A stretch of 64,000 nt of DNA from positions 263,190,001 to 263,254,000 of the forward strand of contig OZ024740.1 of assembly GCA_964016885.1 (NCBI GenBank), given 5' to 3'. Position numbers and translations under genes: made by a program. Below the pieces are notes generated by a model. The model was not told where the DNA came from, did not search any database, and saw only the letters and a program-made list of their open reading frames with translations. Positions 55,147 through 64,000 of this stretch are shown here, piece after piece (the first letter of the stretch is position 1; every line of letters begins with the position of its first letter). The stretch comes from Eledone cirrhosa (lineage: Eukaryota).

Positions 55147-58100
55147 AGAAAATAATAATAATAATAATGCTTTCTTTATTAACCACAAGGGTTTACACAA
55201 AGTAGACATTAAGGACAGTACATGACAATTCAGGACGGTAGAAATGGGCACTTCTGCGTGTAAAAAAAAAACAAGAAACAGAGGATGTAATAATAGATCA
55301 ATGAAAAAATTGCCCAATGGGGGGAGACTTTCGAGGGACATTCGTGGAGAAAGCCCATTAAAAAGCCACAGTGACCCTGACCACCAGGGCAAGTGCCCGC
55401 GCCCAGTTTTCCACCTTTAATTTACAGACACATACTCAGAGTAGGCCCATTCACTCGAGCCATTCTTGCCTCTCTCACCCATCTTTCAACAAAATGCCGG
55501 GAAGAGAGCACTTCCCTCTCTACCCTGATTTTCCTTTTCAAATGAAATTTGAAAAAGTTAATCAGGGCATCACCGAAGAGGTAAGTGCTCGTCTTCAGCC
55601 CTTTCAAACGTGTCCACCATACTATCTCTTTCGCCATGGCCACCAGACAGATAAAAACTGCCTGCTATTCCCGGCTAAAGGAAGAGGGCGGGGCAATCTC
55701 ACGATGGACTCAGCTGATAGCTGGATCCGTCCTACACGCGACAGCAGGTGTTCGACATAAACCCACAAGTCAGCAATGCTCGGACACTGGACGAGTGCGT
55801 GCAGGACGGTTTCGTCGCCCTGCACGCATCTCGGACATGCCCGGCTGGCGGCACCTCCATGCCTGTAGAATTTATCCCGAACTGGCAAAGCTCCTCGGTA
55901 GCACTGCCAGGCCAGGGATTTCTGGAAGTTGTCCATAGGCCCCGGCCGGAAAGTCCTTCCGTAGAGATTGGCTAGTTGATTTTCGTCGACACCTAGAGTT
56001 TCCCCAAGTACGTCGTCACTCTTCCCCTCCACTAATCCTCTATAGAACGCCAAGGTGGAGTTTCCACCGATCACATTGCCCGATTGGTCGAGGGCTGTGA
56101 GCGCCTGAAGACATTCCAATCTCCAAACGCTCCCTCTCGGTCTTCGCTTGACCCAGGACTGAAGCTCCGTCAAGGAGACGAGCTGGGGAAAGACGGGTCT
56201 AGCAAACGGCGACCACACCTGATCACCGTCGAGGAAGAGTTGGAGATGTCGTAGCCTGAGCGCGTGTCTGCCATCATCAGCCACGGCATTGCCAGCCCTC
56301 CACGTAGCGAGTGTTGACAGCAGATGGACCGCCTGACCATCGGGGCGCGTCCCTTCCACAAAAAGCGAAAGAGCAAACGCTCCAGCGCAGTGAGGCGGGG
56401 CTTGGGACAAGGGACGACGGTCAGGCGGTAGTAGATGACGAACGCGATATACGCGTTAGCCACCTCCGCTCGACCTTTCAGGGATAGCTTCCTCTCCGCG
56501 CATTTCTGAGTGAGAGAAGCCACGCTGAGTCGTAACCCCATCTCAGTTTTTGTCCGTCTGGAGGTCAGGACCGAACCAGACCCCTAGCAATTTAACCGGT
56601 CCGTCCGTCCAGCGCCCGACGACGCTGTTGGACGGCATGGACCTGCTTCCCCAGGTGCCGAGCTGCAGGCCCACTGACTTTTCCTGGTTGATCATTGCTC
56701 CTGTCACCGCTTCGTATCTCTTAGCGTAGTGCCGATCGCCTCGATGTGTTTGGCGTTCGACACCACTACGGGGACATCGTCCGCATATGCTAACACGGAA
56801 CTTCCACATCATAGTTCGCGCGGGACCCTCCTCAACGTCTCCAGTTTGTGCAGTAATGGCTCGAGGGTTAATACGTACAAGAGGGACGAGAGGGGGCATC
56901 CTTGGTGGACCGAGCGCATGATGTTGAACGGTTCCGAAAGGTGACCGTTCACTCTCACCACAGAGCAGATGTCGCTGTGCATGGCACCGATCCAGCCTCT
57001 GAAGACGGGCCCAAAGCCAGCCGTCTTCGCTAGGTAACGATGGTCGACCCTATCGAAAGCTTTCGACTGATCTAAATTGATGAAGGACCCGCACGTGCCA
57101 GGTTCCCTAGCTACCCTCCCTACGATGTATCGCATGAGGTGGAGTTTGTCGTGGATGGAACTGTCGGGAACGGCGCGTGCTTGCGCCTCTCCCTCCAGAC
57201 CACCAACGACAAGCGCCAACCTCTTTGCTAGCACCTTGGCCAAAATCTTGAACTCTGTGTTTAGCAGAGTTATGGGCCTAAAATTATCTATGTTATCCCC
57301 CTTGTTCGGATACTTTCTCAGCAGCGCCACAGCTCCTCGGCTCACAGAGCTGGGAATTCTCCCGTTCTGTTGTCAGTGGCAGTAGACGTCCGCCAAGAGG
57401 CCTCCGAACAAGTCTGGCATCTGTACGTAAAGTTCATAGGGCAGACCATCCCAACCAGGCGATTTACCCCTTGTGCAGCCAATCATTGCCTCCCGTACTT
57501 CAGCGGCTGTTATCGGCTTTTCGCAACGCTCCACCTCAGTGGCCGAGAGCCGCGGCAGTCCGTCGAGGTAGACACTAAAGTCCATCCCTCGATCCGGCAC
57601 GCCGCTGCCACCGAACAGTTGAGCGAAGTGTCGCTGAAAAGCTTCAAACATTTGCCCGGGATCGAGTAGCATGCGCCCGTCGTGGTCCACGAAACCCCGG
57701 ATCGTGGCTTTGTTGCCACGACGCGCCCCGCCACTCGGGCACATTGAACGGCTTTCGTCCCCTCGTGTCTGAGAGCACGTACCCTAGCTCTGACAACGCT
57801 GACTTCGTGCTTTGTATTGAAGAATTGGTGAAAGGCCAATTTCGCCGCAAGTACGTCGGTCGTGATGCTTTTGCTAAGCCCCTCGTCTAATTTTCTAACT
57901 AATTCTCCCTCTGCTCTATTTTTCTCTATTGCTAAAGCCTTACTAAATATAATGGACTCTATTCTAATTGCTCTTTTCAGAGCAAACCACCACTTGTTGT
58001 TGACGATGGCCCCCTTCAAATCCCGCTTAACTAGTTCGCTAAACCGGTCTCTGTAGGACTTGCGCGCTGGTAAGGACGCGTTTAGAATCCAGTAGCATGG

Positions 58101-60996
58101 TCCTCGTCTATGAAGCCTATCTAAGTCAAGCACACAGATCGCGAATTTGTGCTCCGTGTAGCTGACTGTCTTGAATTGTGGACAGCCTATGCTAGACCTA
58201 TCTATTTCCCAACAAAATACTCTATCTAGATATGATCTGGATGACCCTATGCGATTTGTCCAATTCCACGTTGGCACAGTCGGGAAATCCAATCAGTACC
58301 TGTCAGACAGTTCAAAACGCCTGAGCAGGTTGGTGAGGCTCTTGCACCCTCCTCCCCTATCCGCTAATCCCACACAGTCCCAGCGTGCATCTAAGATCCC
58401 GTTCCAGTCGCTCACTAACACTAAAGAGCGGGAGGTTCCAAGAAAGGTCTCCAGACGCCGGAAGAAATTAGGCCGCCCTGCTCCTTTCGGGAATAGAGGA
58501 CCACTAGCCTGAAAGCTTGCCCGTCTCCGCTGGTCACGTATAGCACCACCAACTTACAATCTGGGTTCAGGAAGATGGCCCGTATGGCGAGATCTAAACC
58601 TCTCCGAAAAAACAAAGCAACTCCTCTCCCGATCTCGGACGGCTGGGAGATGCGTACACATCGTAGCCGCCGAAGATCGGTGCGAAGGCCCGTACTTCGG
58701 GTATTCTGGTCTTGCTGATGGCCACTACATCTATGTTTAGTGACCTGATGTCGTTGAGCAGGTGTACCTGCTTCCAAGACGACCCCAAGCCACGCGCATT
58801 TATGCTGCCTATTCTGAGTGAGGTCATGTTGAAATGGAGTGGAAAAGATGGGAAAGACCACTTACCTTACTTCTCGTAGAGGAAGGATGGTTTGTCCATC
58901 CTTTTCCCTGCTTGTGGCCTCCTCCGGAACGATGTTCTTATAAATCCTCCTGGAGAGTGTTTGTCGGAAGTCTCCGATGTCTTTGGGGAATTTTTGTTTT
59001 AGTGTCGTGAACATTTTCTGTGTGATGCGAGTGATTTGTTTGTGTGGAGGTGGTGTGAACTTTTGGGTTGTTGTGTAGTCTTTTTCTGTGATGCTTGTGT
59101 TGTGTTGGATGTAGTGTAATAATTGGTTGTTGTTTAAATTTAATGCTGTGTTGTGTGTATCGTTTTGGTTGTTTTGTTTTGTTTGCGTTTGTTGTGGGTT
59201 TGTTTCTGTTACGCTTTTGGGTGACTTTTGTGGTGTTGGTGATGGTGGTGTTGGGGTTAATGATGGTGATGGTGTTGGTGTTTGTGGTGATGGGGTTGGT
59301 GATGCTGGTGTAGATGGTGGCATATCTGTCCTAACTTTTTTGTTTGACAGTTTATTTGTTTCCCTCTGTATTTTGTTTTTAGAGGGGGAAGGAAGAGAAT
59401 TTTTTCTTTTTTGGTTTCTTTTTTTTTTCCTGATACCGTTTCCCACTCCTCGTCGTTACAATCTGTCTCCAGTTGTGATAGGCCGGGGAGTGGAAAATCC
59501 TCCACAGGCGTTGGTTTTGGTTGTGGCGTGGTGGATGATGTAGCCGCTGGTGCTAGTTCTGGCGCGTTGGGTGGTGGTGGTGTTGGTTTTGCTACTGCTG
59601 CTGCGGTTGTTGCTGTTACAGTTGCTTCTGTTGTTGCTGCAAGAGTTGTTGCTGCCATTTCTGCTGCTGGTGCTGTTGATGGTTGAGTCACTGGTGTGGG
59701 TAAGCGAGGTGGCCTCAACCTTTTAGCCTGAGGCAGATAGCCCTTAGGTGGGTTCCTTTACCACAAACGACACACCTAGGCGTTCTGCCCTCGACGATTA
59801 CGGTCAGGTGGCTGCCGTCAGTGAGGTCTATTACCTCTGGGATTTCCTCAATGCTTTTATGGTCCGCTTGGATCAAGAGCTCGATCCCAGATCCGGACCA
59901 GTTCTCCTGCTTTCTTTCGCTATTTTGATTATCTTGGTGTTGGCCTCGATGCCGCGAGGACGGTAGCCATTAGCCAGGGAATTTCTATTGGCCGGTTGAA
60001 CGTGGGTCACCCTGATCTTCACGAGTCTCTAGCCACAATAGCTTGGGACGAGTGTGAAGTCGTCACTTCTTAATGGGGCCATGGAGTGTTCTCTGGCCTC
60101 CTGTAGTGTTTCAAAGAACACGTCCATGGTTCCAAATTTCTGCCCACGTCTGATGTGGATTTTTTTGGCCACCCATGTCCAAAAGCTTTTTGGATTTGGG
60201 ACTCGTATGCCCGTTCCACTCGGCGTGATTTTATCTTAATTGTCCGATAAGACACGGTGCATAGGCGACAATTCTCCATTTTATTAGTTAGGGGGTGAGG
60301 CTGACCCTGTACCCATCTTTCTTTACCATTCTTTTGGCGTCTTCTAATTCCTCCCGAGTTACCTGGATCGCCTCGCACGTTTTTGCTACTCTCGCAAAAG
60401 ACAGGGTAGTTTTCATAATTTCATTGTTGTTGTTGTTATCGTTATTTTTGTTATTGTTAATTTTAGTTTCTGTTGTGGTGGTGGTGGCGTCAGTGGTGTT
60501 CGGTGTGGAAGAGTTCACTTTGGTTGAATTCATTTCGATATCATGAGTTAATTTATTTTTTCTTTTGGTTCTGTTGTCGCTGTGGTGGTGATGGTGGGGG
60601 TGGTGGCGGCTTTAACACCTGCAGTCATTGGTAATGGCGGGAAATGAATGTCTGCCTGAGACAAATTTAAAATATTGCTACTGCTTATATTTTTAGTGTT
60701 GGCAAACGTAGTAATATTTACAATGGTGGTGCCGGTGTGAGGTGTTAGTTTGTGAGGATTGTGTGAATCTGAGTCGGCCATGATTTTTCAAAGAAATTTT
60801 TTTTTGTTTGATAATTATAAAAAGTTTAAATTTTGGGCTAAAGACCCAATATTTTTGAGTGTCCTTTTCAGAAATCATTGTATGTGCACTTATATACAGT
60901 TAACAATAAAAATTTTCCATAAATGTCAATTATAAACAACTGAAAATAACAAACTTTGCGGAGCTCACAATGATACGATTTACTACGTAGGTCGCC
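55147..60996 (-). mobile_element. L1/Tx1-type LINE, second family, apparently full length, decayed
   Basis: MTSLRIGSINARGL, FRPITLLNTEFKILAK, QGCPLS, AYADDV, CPRC..ETVLHALVQCP; (AAT)n on both flanks. Confidence 0.92.
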
Positions 60997-61136
60997 AATA
61001 ATAATAATAATAATAATAATAAATAGACTGGGTTAGTGATCCGGTCAAACAGCTAACAACAATACCATGTATCTCTAAACTCTCTCAAAATGTTTAGTTT
61101 AAACGATTTCAAATCTAAATTATAATATAATATTAA

Positions 61137-61310
61137 TAATTGTTTCTACTTTAGGCACAAGGCCAGCAATTACCAGTACATTACTGGTACTTTATTTTGT
61201 CGACCCCGTAAGGATGAAAGGCAAAGTTAACCTCAGCGGGATTTGAACTCAGACTGTAAAGGGACGTAACTATGCTAGAAAGCATGGCGTCCAACCCTCT
61301 ACCGATACTG
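61137..61310 (-). mobile_element. tRNA-headed SINE
   Basis: Same core and B-box as the other copies. Confidence 0.87.
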
Positions 61311-61594
61311 AAGCAACAAGTCGAAAAATTATAGAACAGAACACAGACAAAAACAAATGCACCAACAAAAACAAATTTCAAAAGTTTTGAACGCAACAAC
61401 CCCTACTTCCCTCGTAGATAAAATCAAAAACAGCAGCAGCAGCAACAATAACACGGGCCTTGAAAAACGAAAAACGTACAGGAAAAAAATAGAAGAAAAA
61501 AAGTTAAGTCAGACATTCAAACATTACAATGAAACTTATGTTTATTTTTTTAAGGTTTTATCTATTTATTTGTTTATTTATTTATGTTTCGTCT

Positions 61595-64000
61595 AAAGCG
61601 TGATGGTGCCACGCTAAAATCACCGGGGATGATGAAATCACTGGGTGTGATGAAATCCTTAGGGGTGATGAAATCACCGGTGGTTATGTAACCATACATT
61701 CACCAATCCTCGATGAGTGTTTAAATGTCGGACCTAAACAGTTCAAATAACGATGAAGCGGAGACTAGGACGTCATGTGACATATTCTCACCCAGCAAGT
61801 GCTCCCTGGCCCAGCAGCAGGGACCTGGCTGTTATCCAAATACTGCCGGTGTTGGAGGAAGAAGAAGAAGGAAAGGGACAAGAACCAACTGGACGAAAGA
61901 ATTGAATAGAACTGTCATGGAATGTTACCTGAAGAGTAACCCCAAGGAAAAAGACTATAGAAAACGGATGCATAACATCTGGAACGAGATTGGTCTATTT
62001 AAATTAGATGAACAAAAATTGGCCGAGCAGGCTCGGGTAATAAGAACTGACGGATGGATAAGCGAGTTGGAACTGGAGGAACTGAGCTGAGAGATTAAGT
62101 TGGAAATGGAGAGTGGAGTATGTCAGGCAAACGAGCCAGTTGGAAATGAAGGTGAGAGAACGGAGGAAGCATCCGAAGCAGACAATGATCTAAATGCTGA
62201 AATAAACAACATCTGCAACAAAAATACGGCCATTGAAGAAATGAATGCTGACGGGCTAGGACAAGATTTGGTTGATATCCTGAACTTAGTGGTAGATGAA
62301 ATGAACAATGATAGTGAAAAACCTATGAACCTAAGATTTGTATACAGGAAAAAGTTAAAAGAAACAACAGCTAAGGTAAACAAATTCATCCCATACTTTG
62401 AGGCAAGGAACCTTCACCAATGCAACAATATCCTCAAAACAACAGCAAATGCGGTGAGGAAATTACTTGGCAGAAGAAACGACTGAATTGTCAAATCAAG
62501 GAAGTGAGAAATGACATTGGAAAGCTTGAGTCCCTACTGAATGGGACACTACAAAACATAGACACTAAAAATAGACTGGAAATAAAGTACAAAACTAGGA
62601 GGAAAAATCTAAATATTATCGTAGAGGAACTGAAGCAACATATTGTAGCAAAAGCTACAAAGATTAGCAGTTATGAGAGCAGAGTCAGTCAGTATAGACA
62701 GAATCGCTTGTTAGACAACAACGAGATGTTGTTTGGACAGCTTGAAGGGAAAGAAAGAGACAACGACTTGATCCCTGAGGCGGAACAGACTAAGACATTC
62801 TGGAGAGGAATATGGGAGCAGGATGTTAAACATAATGATCAGGCAGTGTGGATTGAGACAGTACAAAAGGAGATTACTGAACAAGCACACCAACAATCTG
62901 ATTTGAGTATCACAGGGCAGGCCAAAAAACTAACCAACTGGAAATCACCAGGCCCAGATGGTGTGCAGGGTTATTGGATTCAAAATATAACATCCCTCTA
63001 CCCGAAACTGACAACCATGTTCAATGACTGCTTGATGTCAGGTGAGGTACCAGAGTGGTTGACAAAAGGTACCACAGTTCTGGTAATGAAAGACCGAATC
63101 AAGGGTAATGATGTTACGAACTATAGACCTATCATATGTCTGTCCGTAATGTGGAAACTATTAACAAGCATTGTGTCTGAGGAAATCTAGCATTACCTCC
63201 ACATAAACAACTTTTACCGGACGAACAAAAAGGGTGCCGAAAGAAGTCCCGTGGTACAAAAGACCAGTTACTTATTGATAAGATGGTAATGAGGAATTGC
63301 AAGAGGAGACACACTGGTCTTGCCATGGGATGGATAGATTACAAAAAGACATTCGACTTGGTACCTCATTCTTGGATCACCAAAAGCCTAGAGATCTTCA
63401 AGGTGGCAGATATTATCAGACAGTTGTGCAACAGTATGAAGTCCTGGGAAACAGATTTAACATCGGATGGAGAATCTTTGGGTGGCGTGATGATCAAGAG
63501 AGGTATCTTCCAGGGGGATAGTTTGTCCCCTCTATTGTTTGTCCTTGCCCTGATACCCCTGACCATCATACTGCGAAAAGTGAGATCAGGATTCAAGTTG
63601 GGAAAAGGAGAGCTTACCATCAATCACCTCCTCTTCATGGACGATCTTAAGCTCTTCGGGAAGAGTGAGAAGGAGTTGGATGTATTTGTTGACACTGTCC
63701 GTATTTTCGCAATGATATATGTATGGAATTTGGTATTAATAAGTGTGGAGTCCTAGTGATGAAGAGGGGTAAATTGAGCAGAAGCAACGGAATCCATGTA
63801 CCAACAGGTGAGATGATAAAAGAAATTGACACTGAAGAAGAATACAAATATTTAGGTGTTCTTGAGGCAGATAACATCAAGAACAAAAAAATGAAGGAAT
63901 TGATAAGATCTGAGTACATTAGGAGAGTACGGAGCGTAGCAAAATCACATGTAAATAGTAGGAATGTCATAAGTGCAGTGAAATCCCGAGGTGTGTCTAT
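61595..64000 (+). mobile_element. R4/Dong-type LINE, 5' portion with UTR; runs off the window
   Basis: [49 protein letters not shown]; related to 8708-10636; stops and frameshifts. Confidence 0.9.

Overview
Eukaryotic, AT-rich, gene-poor DNA made almost entirely of transposable elements and (TA)n-type microsatellites. The SINE and repeat style suggests a mollusc, probably an octopus (inference). No intact host gene, rRNA or CRISPR array was found. Contents: three decayed L1/Tx1-type LINEs; two R4/Dong-type LINEs with a restriction-like endonuclease plus two further fragments; RTE 3' ends; about 10 tRNA-headed SINEs; two MITEs; a Tc1/mariner remnant; and four Penelope-like elements (PLEs, RT plus C-terminal GIY-YIG) sitting in (TA)n tracts. 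The main signal is non-coding: over a dozen type I hammerhead ribozyme (HHR) motifs of several designs in PLE 3' ends and in ORF-less foldback elements. They include one design with a ~105-nt extended stem II, foldbacks carrying an HHR on each strand, and core variants (U4A; U3-A8). All structures were read by eye and none has been tested for activity.
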